A stretch of 63,397 nucleotides of DNA, counting the filler, from Octopus bimaculoides (lineage: Eukaryota): NCBI RefSeq assembly GCF_001194135.2. It is 6 parts of 5 records of this genome, joined end to end, with 100 filler letters (N's around TTAATTAATTAA, not from the genome) between each part and the next. Parts side by side here need not be neighbours in the genome. Positions count along the whole stretch, not along the records: positions 1 to 18,093 come from NC_068981.1; 5 more parts are not named here. One strand, 5' to 3'. The notes beneath the pieces were generated by a model that had not been told where the DNA came from, did no database searches, and was given only the letters and a program-made list of their open reading frames with translations. Each line of letters starts with the position of its first letter. Position 1 is the stretch's first letter. Position numbers and translations under genes: made by a program. Shown here in pieces: positions 1 through 14,151 of the stretch.

Positions 1-199
1 TGTGTGTGTGTGTGTGTGTGTGTGTGTCTATGTATACGTATATATATATGCATGTATATATATATATATATGAATGAAACTCTCAAGCGATAATTCACTT
101 TTCGAATCCTGCCGTTTAAAAAATAATTAGACGCATATATAATGTAGTGTATGACGGTTTTATGCAGCAATGTGGCAGAAAACAATCAGTTACTTAGTT

Positions 200-1330
200 A
201 ACGTAAGAAAATTTGCACTACTCTGTCCAGTACCTTTATGGGCCTCCCATCCTTCCATATGTCTCATCAACTTCATGCATGCCGTACATATTTAAGAAAC
301 CTATATATTTTTTTGCATATCCCATATCAATATATGTATAGTATTCACTCATGCATAGTACTTCTTATTTTCAATCAAACTTTTTTTCTGTGACTCATGG
401 GCATTAAAATTACACTTCCAACGAAACATGACTGCTCCCTTTCTTTCCAGTCGCCGCATATCATCCTAAATGAGATACCACATTTCCCTACTTTGCTGCA
501 AGTCACTTCGTACCCAGTCCCCAAGTAACCTGCACTTCATTCTTGTTACGATCAGAGATAATACATACCTGAATATTTTACACTTGTCCTTACTCTTCTT
601 TCTATGCTTCCTATAGTGGAGGCGCAATGGCCCAGTGGTTAGGGCAGTGGACTCGCGGTCATAGGATCACAGTTTTGATTCCCAGACCGGGCGTTGTGAG
701 TGTTTATTGAGCGAAAACACCTAAAGCCAACGATGCTTCGGCAGGGGATGGTGGCGAACCCTGCTGTACTCTTTCACCACAACTTTCTCTCACTCTTACT
801 TCCTGTTTCTGTTGTGCCTGTAATTGAAAGGGACAGCCTTATCACACTGTGTCACGCTGAATATCCCCGAGAACTACGTTAAGGGTACACGTGTCTGTGG
901 AGTGCTCAGCCACTTGCACGTTAATTTCACGAGCAGGCTGTTCCGTTGATCGGATCAGCTGGAACCCTCGACGTCGTAAGCGACGGAATGCCAACAACAA
1001 CATGAAATGCTTCCTATACAGATATCAACTCTTCTAATTAGGCACGTTGTTAGCAACTGCTATTGAAAATTCCTAGTGAATCACCCAAGTACTCTAAAGT
1101 ATATATTTTATTTATTTATTTATTTCTTAATGCTAACCACGCTTCATCTGACACCTAAAAGTTACGTTCCCAGTCAAACTGCTGGTGACCCTAATGCTTT
1201 CATACTTTACACCAAATGAAATTTCTATCTACACCCTCAATGTGCACTGGTCATGTCCATTTCGCTATAGAGAACACTACTCTGCGCCCTGACGGCACAA
1301 TAGTACTATTTCTATATTTGCCACTCAAAC
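200..1330 (-). mobile_element. Heavily decayed RTE-clade LINE fragment (RT C-terminal region), interrupted by the SINE at 616-1006
   Basis: Minus-strand translation near 330-560 gives DDMRRLERKGAVMFRW, like the RTE motif EDMRRLERNEASMLRW. A Cys-containing relic continues at 1150-1330. Many stops and frameshifts. Confidence 0.5.
616..1006 (+). mobile_element. tRNA-derived SINE, family A (probably octopus OR-type), full length
   Basis: A-box-like TGGCCCAGTGG, degenerate B-box, (AAC)n tail, and a 12-bp target-site duplication ATGCTTCCTATA at 604-615 and 1007-1018. Other copies at 10859, 41075 and 52915. Confidence 0.9.
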
Positions 1331-1465
1331 TGTACTGTTAATTTCGCATTCTTAAGTGCAACAATTACTCAAAAGTATATTTCAATATATGCATCAAGAT
1401 AATCTTAGTATTCTGTTGGAAGATTATTAAAATCTAACCACATTTATGTGCTGAGGGATTGATCA

Positions 1466-1810
1466 TATATCGCTGAAACCCTCTTTGGCCGTGACTGACC
1501 ATGGGATTTCACCTAGAAAGTTACCCTCCGAAGCACAAGTCCGAGCAAGGTTGTTTATGGAAGACCAGCAGTTGCCCATGCATACTGGTCTCCCCTCTCC
1601 ACGTCACCAGTGTTATCCAAGGGAAAGGCAAAGGTCAATACAGTTTGGCACTTGTGACGTGGTAACTCATTTCTACGATTGAGTGAACTGGAGCAACGTG
1701 AAATAAAGTGTCTTGCTCAAGAACACAACACGCAGCCCGGTCCGTGATTAGAACTCACAACCTCGCGATCGTAAGTTCGACGCTCTAACCACTGAGCCAT
1801 GCCCCTTCCT
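1466..1810 (-). mobile_element. tRNA-derived SINE, family A' (CORE-like block, different body)
   Basis: Minus strand reads ATGGCTCAGTGGTTAGAGCG...GAGTTCTAATC, then GTGTTCTTGAGCAAGACACTTT. Body matches 15316-15571. Confidence 0.85.
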
Positions 1811-3299
1811 ATATTAGTGAATGCACACACGCACAAATGTGTGTGTGTGTGTGTGTATAAGCGCAAATACTTCTAATAATTTTTCAGTATATGAGTATTT
1901 ATAAAAGCACAGTGAACTGAAATGTTATGCAGAAATAGCATAGAAAACAAAATTTGCAATTCAACTTATTTATGAAAAGATAATTTAAGATAAAACCTCG
2001 TAACTACCTTCATAACTTTTATTAACAAACCCATGAATATTGGATAAAGGCGGGAATTAGCTATAATGTTTCAAAAGATCCAAACTCGTAAGGGAAGTAG
2101 AAATTAATGCACAGGTAATTGATGTCAAAATGCCTGTAGAGTCTTAAAAGAAATAGGATTCAATATATATTATATATGGAAGTTACATAACGAATATCGT
2201 TAAATGACTTTGGAAAAGTTTATTTTTAGACTAACATTTTGTGAAAATGGGGATTTTGACATGTAATTTAGATATTGATGAAGGAAAAGTTAAAAACTGA
2301 TGGTAGAGAATATGAATGTTTTGAATATTTTGTTATTCCATTTTGGTTGTAAAATGATTTCGTGTCCTTCGCATATTTTCAATGCGTATAAAACCCTATG
2401 GTGATTCAAATTAATAATGTACTTGATTATATACATCGAATGGTGGTTATTATTTCAGCAATAACATAGTAAAAATCTTGTTGGCCAACACCTGTCATAT
2501 GGTTGGGTATGTGGCAGAACATTATTATTGTTAAGAAGGAAGCTACTTAATCGAGACATACAATCGCCAAGATGTAGCAAAAATGTAACTCGTATTAGAT
2601 AGAATACTATGAAATTTGTAACATATGATTGCACGATATCAGTTGATGCAATATTTCAGACCGGTGAAAACAGAGTAGCAAAAGAAGTTGAAGAAAGTAA
2701 CGAGATGTGTTTCTTTGCGAGGGAGGAGTTAAGAATATACAAAAATCACCAGCTATCTAACGTATATGAAAAATGACAGTCAGTATTTAAAAAACGCACA
2801 CATTTACATACAGATGCGCACAATTATGTATAAACATACNNNNNNNNNNAGTCAGTATTTAAAAAACGCACACATTTACATACAGATGCGCACAATTATG
2901 TATAAACATACACACACTCACGTACACATCTCGGACAGATCTCGGACGAATCCCAACGCTGGAACATAAGTTCAAAGGAAATGGAAGTAGAGAGACGTGT
3001 CACTGAAGAGCTTGCAACAATGCAATGAAATAATCATTTGACAAAAAAGAAATGACAACACTAACTATAGCATATAAGTTCGAAAAACTAGTAAAAAGAC
3101 CCGGCTAATCGATAAACTGGTTAACGGAGTAACTAACCCATTAGCCTACAATAACAATAAAGGACTGAACCCAGGCCTATGTTTATTCTTACTGGCATAA
3201 TGCCCCTCCCAAGGTTCAATGCTATTTCTTTCAATACACGAATTCACATCAAGAATCTTGCAAACCAAATACAAATACGAACTATATGTATGTATTCTT

Positions 3300-4510
3300 T
3301 TTAGGCTCGTTGGTAACTTTGAGCGGCACATCGGGTAGTCAGCGATCGAAAATTATCTCCGTCTCTGACCAGCCGGTATGATTCTTCCAAGATGATGTCC
3401 AGTCTGCGTAGGTTTTCTTTGAAGGTACTACGACATGTCTTCCTTGGCTGCGGTCCCTTTTTCTCTTACCTTCCAGATGCATCCAGTCCATGGCTGTTTT
3501 GGCAAGCCTCTGCTCTGGCTGCGATTCTCATTCGTCGTTCGGTTGTAACTGCATGCATGTGTCTTATTCTTGCTGCTTGGAGAATGGGTTTATTCGTCAC
3601 TCAATCTTGGTAAGAGATTCTTTGGGACTTTCTGAGGCACCACTGTTGAAATAAGCCGAGTTGGCGGAAATTTTTGCTATCATCTTCCAGGTTTCAGCTG
3701 CATAGATCGCTATTGGTATTATTGTTGTTTTGTACAGACAATACTTCAGCTCTATACTTATGTTATTGCTACACCAGAGTGTTGTAGATATTCTAAATAC
3801 TGCCACTGCCTTGCCAATTCAGCAGCTTACATTTGTCTCTGCATCGCCGTTGTTTGTCACTATGCTTCCTAGATATGTCAAGCTTGTAACCTCTTCAACT
3901 GGTGCTTGTCCAACTTTCACTGGAACACTTTCTTCTTGTTTCCTAACTTGCATTACCTTCGTTTTTTGACCACTTATTCTCAACCCAGTTTTTGCCGCTT
4001 CCCTTTCCATTTTTATTGTCATTTCTTGAAATGCTGGGCGATTCTCAACCAACAAGGATATGTCATCGGCAAAATCTGAGTCTATTAGCCGGTCCATCGC
4101 GGTCCGTGTTATGCCTACAAATGGTCTCCCATTGATCTTTGCATAACAAAATCGAATACCATCAGAAACAACATTGGTGACAGGAGACAGCTTTGTCTTA
4201 CGACAGTAACGATCTTAAGAAATCCAATGTATTCATAGTCTGTTCTAATGCAGCAGCTTGAGTTGTTGTAGAAACTGCTAAGCAGACTGATGTAATCCAT
4301 TTGCAATCTTCCAGAGGGTTTCTCTGTGCACACTGTCAAATGACATATTGAAGTCAATGAAGTATACTTTTAGTACTCTTTGTTGTTCCATGCATTGTCC
4401 TACGATGTAGCGTAGTGCGAATATTTCCTCGCAATACGATTTCCTGAGTCGAAATCCGGCGTGTTGTTCTCAGTGAAATAAGGTTCTCCTTCATTGAGGT
4501 GAAAACGTGT
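3300..4510 (-). mobile_element. RTE-clade LINE, reverse transcriptase and C-terminal region, frameshifted
   Basis: Track ORFs 4115-4357, 3819-4097 and 3597-3806 carry RQSCLLSP, DFADDISLL, KTKVM, YLGSIV and YAAETW. AGFR and FIDF..SFDSVHRETLWKI are readable at 4330-4470. Confidence 0.9.
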
Positions 4511-5699
4511 TGAGCACTCCACCTTGTATAATATCTCGTTCCTGCTTGTCTTTTCTAAATGAGTGTTTGCCCGCCATTATCTCAGTCTACCTATGTCCCA
4601 GGCATATTATAAACAGCTCATTGATGTTATTTGCAATTATGAACATATAGAAATTCGTTGGGTGGGGTGTATGATATACGCTTTTGTAACTAGGCTATAC
4701 CTTTGCTAAAGCAGTTTGTCTTACTTGCTTATTCTTTTAATCATCTTATCCATTAATAGTTGGTATTTTGTTCGCCCGTCTTGAATTTCTCTGGTTTTCC
4801 TCTTTTTATTGGCGTCAACGATTGGTTCTTAAAGTATACATAGATGATATCAGCAAACAGACTTGTGAAGAATTTCGTTATGAACTCTGCAATCCATCTG
4901 GCACAGTCGCTTTCCTCTTAGATAATGTGGACGTTCGCATTACAATGAAATTCGGAGTGATTACAATGGGCACTCTTTCTTAACAGGCTTGCGTGTCTTC
5001 CCTTCCCCTTTTATCTTCTAATGGATACAATTCTGTTTTCTTTGACAGATTTTTGTTTTCGTCACGCTGGTTGTTTAAACTACACCTTCATTACTAAACA
5101 GGCTTCATGGAGTTGCCGGTTTAGCTGGCTCACTCTTCATTAAGCTTAGATTAAACTGCTTTCTCAGTATCTCATTACTTGGTGTTTGGCCTGACATTCA
5201 CCTTTGCATTATCATGTTTTCTTTCTCTCTCTCTCTCTCTCATTAAGGATGCGGTACTGTTGTGATTACGTGTAGTGGAAGGGATGTGCAGGTGAAATCC
5301 ACCAAGAACTAGAGTCGTTTGCCTCAATACTGTATTTAGAATTAATGTAGATTATGAGGAATGATGAGCTATTCCACAAAGAACAATATAGAAAGTAGAG
5401 AAAGTTTAGTAAAATCGAAATATATCATTACGTAACGCGTTATAGAGAAAGAGAAAAAAATTACCTAAACAAATTATGGTGACTTGTATTACAGACGAAG
5501 ATAAATCACAAAGATTACTTCCTTACCATTATTTTTCTTTACTCCCATGCACTTAAATATTCTATATTTTTTCTTTCAGAGTAAATTGGTTTTGTCTTTT
5601 CTTATTTTACACTTTTTTTTATTTGTAGGGTTTGATTGCCTCATAGTTTTCAAGAATTTAAAAGCATTCAGGTAGTAGCCCCGAACTACTGCTGCTCTT

Positions 5700-6850
5700 G
5701 TTTATTATTATTCTTGTTTACTATTATTCAGTAGTCTTATCTTTATCACATGCTTTCATTGCAATACCTAGCACAGCTCTGTGTGCATTGGGTATGTGCT
5801 GCGGTTTGTTTTGGTGCTGTTATTTTCACTTTATTCAAAGTGCTTTGCGAAGGACGTGTGCGGTTCCTAGTAATACTATTTTGTGTATGTTATATTTATA
5901 TTCGTAAGTCCTAGTGTTTCCTAGTGTTTTGGTTATGTATTTGTCTGAATGTTTTTTAATCATACCTAGAGCACCTATTATTATAGGAATTGTTTCTGGT
6001 TTTAGGCTCCACATTCGGGTTATCTCTATTTCCAGATTTTTGTATTTTGAAAGTTTCTCCGTTTCTTTTAGAGATGCATTGTCATCTGTTAGTATTGATA
6101 CATCTATTAGAAGGCATATCTTCTTTTTTTTTCTTGATCTTCACAACTTTGTCCATTCTATTAGCCTTTCTTTCTCCATCTGTGTGTATTGGCATATTCC
6201 AGTGTATGATTGCTTTGTCATTTTCTGAGACGCTTTTCGATATGTGCCTATACCATCTTCTTTCTGTTGTTATTCCATAATGTTGGCCTAGTTTTCAATG
6301 TACATAGATCCCAACTTTCTCATGCCTGTGAATATATTCCTTCTTAACCTGGACTAGGCACCCAGAGACAATGTGATTCATTGTTTCTTCCCACATATTG
6401 TGCAGTTACTTGTATTTTTCTTCATTATGAGTTTCTGGTGGATAAACTTGTGCTGCAATTAAAAATCCTTCAATCTCTGTGTTGAATCCTGATCTTCTCA
6501 CTCATCGTTTGGATTTTACTTTTGTCTATGTCTTTTCTGTTTACCTCATCCCAGTATTTGCCATGTAAGGGCTTTTCTTGCTATCGTTTAACATGGTGTA
6601 TTGTTATTCCAGCCCTAGCTTGGATTTCAACTGTTTTACAGCTTTTGTCGTTTCCTCATATTCTTCATAGTTGTCAGGTAATCTAATGTCTGTCATGTAT
6701 TTTTCAGCTTCATTAAAAACAGAAAGCTGTGTTTTTGTTTTGCTCGTATTTTGTGGCTATGTGTAGCAGTTTTTTCTTGCTTGTGAATTAGAAACCGCGT
6801 GAACGAGGATGAAGGAGACCTGTATTAGGATACTGGGACTATATCATTGG
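5700..6850 (-). mobile_element. R4/Dong-clade non-LTR retrotransposon, 3' part (zinc knuckle, RLE domain, 3'UTR)
   Basis: Minus-strand frames give KPLHGKYW, EGFLIAAQ, C..C...ETMNHIVSGC, RHEKVG, KLSKYKNLEIEITRMW, IPIIIGALG and LGTAHVLRKAL. Degenerate AAT tail near 5700-5725. Confidence 0.9.
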
Positions 6851-6940
6851 AATATAGTCGGAGAGAAAGTATACTGAAGTGATCACCACTGCTCTAAATG
6901 ACTACGAAGCGGTGACAAGAGCCAGAATTAATTAAGAATG

Positions 6941-7732
6941 AGTCACAATGTAATACTAAGTCAAAAATGCGCAAAGACGCCTGATGCAACAAATAGGCAA
7001 TGTATTTCGCATTTGTAAATGGTGTACAAAATGCAGCTGAGCAGATCCAGAAGCTGGTCTACGCCACACAATATGGTCGTTGGGTACTGGACAGGCTGGT
7101 TAAATTACTTGAGATCCCTTTAGTCCAGATCTCTGGACTAAAACGGACTGCACTGCCATAGTTTTTAAATTGGGACCTGTCTTTTTTCAAACAAAACTTA
7201 GCAGGCATTTAATTCTGTGACCACTTTTTCTGAATTCACTTTAAATCGTCACCTTCTTATTCGCTTTCTTTACATCATTTATAGCACCTCCATTTCCTCT
7301 ATTACGACACCGCATTCTTTTGAGAATTTTCGTTTATATCACTTTTAATGTATCTCTTCAATCTATTATTCTGTTTTTCACTCTCCTTTTTGATACATCT
7401 CTTACGTTACAATAGCTTATCATTCTTCTGAACATTGGATGATGAGCTATATTTTTAATCGATTTTTCCATATTTTACTTACATTTTCGAACATTATGAA
7501 GAAAACTCGATCTCTTATAGCTAACAACAGATGTTTTTTTTTTTTCCAGAAGCTTGGATTCAGTCAACGGTAAATTCTAACAACCATTACAGAACACGTT
7601 AAATGACATTTTGTCACCGATTAAATTTAAACAATAAGTAATACAATTACTTCTTGCATACGAACCAGATCATAAGTCCATCACTTGGATAGAGACATCA
7701 AGCACATCTCATATGCATGCATGTGTGATTAG

Positions 7733-7772
<40 letters not shown>

Positions 7773-8018
7773 TACATGCACACCCACAGATATACACAGC
7801 CACATATATATGTATGTAATTATAAATGTGTGTACGTACGCATAAGTATATGTGTGCATGTGATTGTGTGTTTCTATGTGCATGTCATTTTGTCATAATC
7901 AAATGTACTCTTATTCTTTAGTGGGCAAAATATTTTCTCAAGTGTCTTCTACCATTTAGTCATCATTTACTGAGAAGCTGTATGACATACATATTTGTAT
8001 GCATGTATACATACATAA

Positions 8019-8115
<97 letters not shown>

Positions 8116-8350
8116 TGTATACTGTCGTTTTCCCTTTCATTTCTTCTAACAATAATAATCTCATTTTTCCTTTATCCGAATAAGTAGCATCTTGTTATAT
8201 TACAACCATTGTTTTTTTTTTGTTATTTTTTTCTCATCTCGAAAGAAAAAAGAAAAACTGAGAGAGAGAGAGTCATAATATATTACTAAGACAGCAATGC
8301 GCAAAGACAACTGATGCAACAAATAGGCAATTTCTTTCTCATTTGTAAAT
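6941..8350. repeat. Pair of 80-bp gap-free direct repeats (6941-7020 and 8271-8350)
   Basis: Manual alignment gives 69/80 identity. Shared core is AATGCGCAAAGAC..CTGATGCAACAAATAGGCAAT. Confidence 0.85.
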
Positions 8351-9134
8351 GTAAACGAGCATTCAATATTACATAAGTAAAACACAAACTGTTTGACCAA
8401 ACAATTTTGATTGGATATGGTTGCTGAATATATGAGAAATATCGATTGGTTTTCGCTCCTCAAGGAAACAATATTTGCTCTTACGAGAAATTGGTTACAT
8501 TAGCTTATATGTAAAGGCTTAATAAAAACGATTTGCTTCTTTACCTTCTTCCAGAATTGTTTTATAACTTAATTGCATTTGCGATGCATTATACATTTTA
8601 TGCCTATTCATTTTAGATTTTCTTGATTCATGACTGAATCATTAAGTGGTCTTTTCCTCCATTTTATTTCTCCTTTCCTGAAAACAACGATGAATGCGCT
8701 TACGTGTGTATATAAAAATGTACACACAAGTATGTGTATGGGTGTCCATGTATGTATATATGCATGTACATGTATGTATATATANNNNNNNNNNNNNNNN
8801 NNNNNNNNNNNNNNNNNNNNNNNNNNNNNNNNNNNNNNNNNNNNNNNNNNNNNNNNNNNNNNNNNNNNNNNNNNNNNNNNNNNNNNNNNNNNNNNNNNNN
8901 NNNNNNNNNNNNNNNNNNNNNNNNNNNNNNNNNNNNNNNNNNNNNNNNNNNNNNNNNNNNNNNNNNNNNNNNNNNNNNNNNNNNNNNNNNNNNNNNNNNN
9001 NNNNNNNNNNNNNNNNNNNNNNNNNNNNNNNNNNNNNNNNNNNNNNNNNNNNNNNNNNNNNNNNNNNNNNNNNNNNNNNNNNNNNNNNNNNNNNNNNNNA
9101 TGCATATGCTTGTGTCTGCGTAAGCGTGTATGTA

Positions 9135-9179
<45 letters not shown>

Positions 9180-9680
9180 GTGTAGCATGCTTTCATCCGT
9201 TTACTACTTAACTGTAAACAATATTTTCTGTCGTTATTATCCAATGCATATAATGTTTATTAGAGAATCAAAGAGCTTTTTATCAAAACAATACTGCTTG
9301 TTATTATAGCGCTGAAATAATTAAATACTCCGAAAACCGTTGTATATGCACCTTAATATTTCATCCATGAAACTAAAGAACACCGCTTTTCACTTAGAAA
9401 GGAATATGTATACAATGGATCCCAAAACTGTAAAATATGTTTTTTTAAAGAAATTAATATTCATTCCACTGCCCTACACACACTTCAGTTGTCATACGGA
9501 ATTCAAATAATTTGTTAAATGAAAACAAACGAGGACCTCCTCATGGATTTAATAAAACTGTCCATATCAAAAGCTACATTCATCAACATATTTTGTTACG
9601 TTTCTGCGCGTATGTAATTCATTTTGTACGAGTGAACATGTGTCTGTGTGTATAAATATATATGTTTATACGTATATCTT

Positions 9681-9724
<44 letters not shown>

Positions 9725-9834
9725 CAAGAAGACAGACAGGTGGACAGACAGAGAGGCACATAGATGGGTAGGGAGAGAGAGAGATAGATGGATGTAAGTA
9801 TCGTACTTAATCGTGCTAACAATATAAACAAGAG

Positions 9835-10274
9835 TGCATGCTGCACCAAAATCCAATATGGGTGCTTTTCTAATGATAACTCACACAGTATAGTTTGTTT
9901 TAATAGAACATTCACGTTTAAGAGTGGATAAACAATAACTCTCACTATTAATACAGCCTCTGTCTCTAATAAATGTTTCTTAAGAAGCTCACTGGGTAAT
10001 CGCGATTCTAGCGCCTCTTCTGGCACTGTTATTCTATATATCGTTGGTGCGAACGAAACGATGCTCTCTCTAGTGGTCGGGCACTAGACCAACGAAGGTC
10101 AAAGTCACTTCATCCGGTGGTCTCCTTGCTGAAGGTGGCGTAGACTCATCTACACTCTAGCGGTAAATACAAGTGTGCATTTTGGACAAAATGCCAATAC
10201 AAGAGTGTTTTTCTTATGGTAACAACCGCAGTACAGTTTGTTCTAAAAGAGCATCCACGTTTAAGTATAGATAA
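9835..10274. repeat. Pair of ~100-bp degenerate direct repeats (~9835-9931 and ~10168-10274)
   Basis: Cores 9886-9931 and 10229-10274 match at 38/46 positions, and similarity extends upstream. Confidence 0.7.
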
Positions 10275-10283
10275 TGTTTAAGT

Positions 10284-10675
10284 AGGCGCAAGAGTGGCTG
10301 TGTGGTATGTAGCTTGCTTACCAACCACATGGTTCCGAGTTCAGTGGCACCTTTGGCAAAGCCTTGTGAGTGGGTTTGGTAGAAGAAAACTGAAAGAAGT
10401 AAGCTATACATATATGTGTGTGTGTGTGTTTGTGTGTTTGTGTGTTTGTGTATCTGTGTTTGTCCACCCACCCCCAACGTTGCTTGACATCCAATACTGG
10501 TGTGTTTACGTCCCCTTACCTTACCGGTTCGGCAAAAAAAAGAGACCGATAGAATAGGTACTAGGTTTACAAAGAATAAGTCCTGGGATCGATTTGCTCG
10601 ACTAAAAAAGGTGGTGCTCCAGCATGGCCGCAGTCTAATGACTGAAACAAGTAAAGGAATAAAATAATAAAAGAA
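10284..10675 (+). mobile_element. tRNA-derived SINE, family B, with internal (TG)n microsatellite and an internal deletion
   Basis: Head AGGCGCAAGAGTGGCTGTGTGG...GGTTCCGAGTTCAG. 3' part GTGCTCCAGCATGGCCGCAG...GAAACAAGTAAA matches 29035 and 60266. Confidence 0.85.
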
Positions 10676-10858
10676 TAAATAAATGCATGTATACGTGATT
10701 CATTGCTTTAGATATGTATATATGCACAAACTAGATCTAACAGTAAAAGAATGACCGACATCCACGCCAGGTTAGCATAGTGTGCGAGTGCACTGAAAGT
10801 GATAGAGGGATTGTGATTATGTGATTATATGAGTTGTCCTTTTCTATATTGTCTTAAA

Positions 10859-11130
10859 GTGGAGGCGCAATGGCCCAGTGGTTAGGGCAGCGGACTCGCG
10901 ATCATAGGATCGCGTTTTCGATTCCCAGACCGGGCGTTGTGAGTGTTTATTAAGCGAAAACACCTAAAAGATCCACGAGACTCCGGCAGTGGATGATGGC
11001 GAACCCTGCTGTACTCTTTCACCACAACTTTCTCTCACTCTTACTTCCTGTTTCTGTTGTGCCTGTAATTCAAAGGGTCAACCTTGTCACACTGTGTCAC
11101 GCTGAATATCCCCGAGAACTACGTTAAGGG
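10859..11130 (+). mobile_element. SINE family A copy running into an assembly gap
   Basis: Collinear with 616-885. Confidence 0.9.
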
Positions 11131-12126
11131 NNNNNNNNNNNNNNNNNNNNNNNNNNNNNNNNNNNNNNNNNNNNNNNNNNNNNNNNNNNNNNNNNNNNNN
11201 NNNNNNNNNNNNNNNNNNNNNNNNNNNNNNNNNNNNNNNNNNNNNNNNNNNNNNNNNNNNNNNNNNNNNNNNNNNNNNNNNNNNNNNNNNNNNNNNNNNN
11301 NNNNNNNNNNNNNNNNNNNNNNNNNNNNNNNNNNNNNNNNNNNNNNNNNNNNNNNNNNNNNNNNNNNNNNNNNNNNNNNNNNNNNNNNNNNNNNNNNNNN
11401 NNNNNNNNNNNNNNNNNNNNNNNNNNNNNNNNNNNNNNNNNNNNNNNNNNNNNNNNNNNNNNNNNNNNNNNNNNNNNNNNNNNNNNNNNNNNNNNNNNNN
11501 NNNNNNNNNNNNNNNNNNNNNNNNNNNNNNNNNNNNNNNNNNNNNNNNNNNNNNNNNNNNNNNNNNNNNNNNNNNNNNNNNNNNNNNNNNNNNNNNNNNN
11601 NNNNNNNNNNNNNNNNNNNNNNNNNNNNNNNNNNNNNNNNNNNNNNNNNNNNNNNNNNNNNNNNNNNNNNNNNNNNNNNNNNNNNNNNNNNNNNNNNNNN
11701 NNNNNNNNNNNNNNNNNNNNNNNNNNNNNNNNNNNNNNNNNNNNNNNNNNNNNNNNNNNNNNNNNNNNNNNNNNNNNNNNNNNNNNNNNNNNNNNNNNNN
11801 NNNNNNNNNNNNNNNNNNNNNNNNNNNNNNNNNNNNNNNNNNNNNNNNNNNNNNNNNNNNNNNNNNNNNNNNNNNNNNNNNNNNNNNNNNNNNNNNNNNN
11901 NNNNNNNNNNNNNNNNNNNNNNNNNNNNNNNNNNNNNNNNNNNNNNNNNNNNNNNNNNNNNNNNNNNNNNNNNNNNNNNNNNNNNNNNNNNNNNNNNNNN
12001 NNNNNNNNNNNNNNNNNNNNNNNNNNNNNNNNNNNNNNNNNNNNNNNNNNNNNNNNNNNNNNNNNNTATATATATATGTTTGTGTATAAGTATATATGTA
12101 TGCTTGAATATGTGCGTATGTGTTTA

Positions 12127-12167
<41 letters not shown>

Positions 12168-12767
12168 CTGTGAGTGCATGCTTACTTGTCTGTCTGTGTG
12201 TCTGTGTGTCTGTGTGTGTCTGTGTGTGTCTGTGTCTGTGTGTGTATGTGTATGTGGATGCGTACGTGTTTAGTATATGTTTCAAAAGTATTATAGTTCG
12301 AAATGATCATATTATCTTTCACATAGCATGTACTGTTTATACCTCATTCATTCATTCTATCGATCAATCAATCAATTTATTTTGCAATACTTCTATCAAA
12401 CACCAACTCTTCCTTTAACAAAATTAACGAATGAATTCTCTTTAACTCGTGAAACTGTAAATCCAACATTGCGAGTTTATATTGATAAACGTTCAACAAC
12501 AGAAATATTATTTACAAATTTCTTAATCTGTGAATTGTGACTAGGTAAGACCTTCAGTTTTATTACTATAAATTTTGATAATCCAGGCAAGTTACAGACG
12601 ATCTTTATTATTATACTGAAGTCTCATGCACGATAAGCTTTTGGCAACTGACAACTAATTGGATTAATACTTCATTAGAACATTCACGTTTTGGCATTGC
12701 TCGAAATGCATCGTAAAGCGTGCGGACGTTGAGTATTACGATCAGCTTATAGATTTCTATATAAATT

Positions 12768-12798
<31 letters not shown>

Positions 12799-13232
12799 NN
12801 NNNNNNNNNNNNNNNNNNNNNNNNNNNNNNNNNNNNNNNNNNNNNNNNNNNNNNNNNNNNNNNNNNNNNNNNNNNNNNNNNNNNNNNNNNNNNNNNNNNN
12901 NNNNNNNNNNNNNNNNNNNNNNNNNNNNNNNNNNNNNNNNNNNNNNNNNNNNNNNNNNNNNNNNNNNNNNNNNNNNNNNNNNNNNNNNNNNNNNNNNNNN
13001 NNNNNNNNNNNNNNNNNNNNNNNNNNNNNNNNNNNNNNNNNNNNNNNNNNNNNNNNNNNNNNNNNNNNNNNNNNNNNNNNNNNNNNNNNNNNNNNNNNNN
13101 NNNNNNNNNNNNNNNNNNNNNNNNNNNNNNNNNNNNNNNNNNNNNNNNNNNNNNNNNNNNNNNNNNNNNNNNNNNNNNNNNNNNNNNNNNNNNNNNNNNN
13201 NNNNNNNNNNNNNNNNNNNNNNNNNNNNNNNN

Positions 13233-13305
<73 letters not shown>

Positions 13306-14102
13306 GTGAGGGTGTGTGTGTGTGTGTCAAAGAGTGTTTAAGGATATACGCATATATTATTCATATATACTTACACATAGAAACACACACATACACAACA
13401 CACACACACGTACACACATATACGCACATGCACACACACACGCGTATAATATCCCGATATTGAAGATACATATCATTTTCATGCACACCTATCCATATAC
13501 AGGTGTACACCCACTCATAAACCGACATATATACCCTTATGTACATCTAAGCATATAACCAGACAAACGCTTATAAACAGATATTTACAAAATGACATGC
13601 AGTTTTAAGGAAACGGGTGAAGAGATAAATAACATTCATATTCATGTCAAAATATCTAATCAACATTTTAAAAGATACAGTCGTACATGTACATTCATAG
13701 TCGAGCCCATTAAAGTACACATGACAAAAATATTACTACCACGTACATGCATGATCAACCCGACCCTGATTCACTACACTACATTCCCAATTGACAACAC
13801 ATGTACAAATACCACGTGTGAACACGACAAACGCTATATATTTATGGTTGTGTGTATCTTTGTCTGTGTGTAAGTGTGTGTGTACGTGTGGGGATGGGTT
13901 GAAAACCTTTCCTTTAATCAGCTAAATAAAGAATAAATTAATTAAGGATACAATATGAGCTACAAACAGAGCTTATGTTTTTCATTGGCTAAAAAACAAT
14001 TTATCCTTCAATACATGAATTCACATAATGAATCTAGCAATCGTATCTCTTGCTTTCCTGTCTTTCTTCCTTTCTCTTTTTCTTTTTTTCTCTCTCTCCT
14101 CT

Positions 14103-14151
<49 letters not shown>

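Noticed and set aside
616-700. tRNA genes at SINE heads (also 1735-1810, 10859, 24200-24280, 29035, 52915)
   Set aside because: The boxes are present but there is no acceptor-stem closure, and each continues into SINE body sequence.
2780-2910. Tandem duplications flanking 10-N gaps (also 28190-28290 and 42795-42880)
   Set aside because: Typical unmerged contig or haplotype overlaps.
9904-9919. AGAACATTC as a heat-shock element
   Set aside because: Only two pentamer units, whereas functional elements normally need three.
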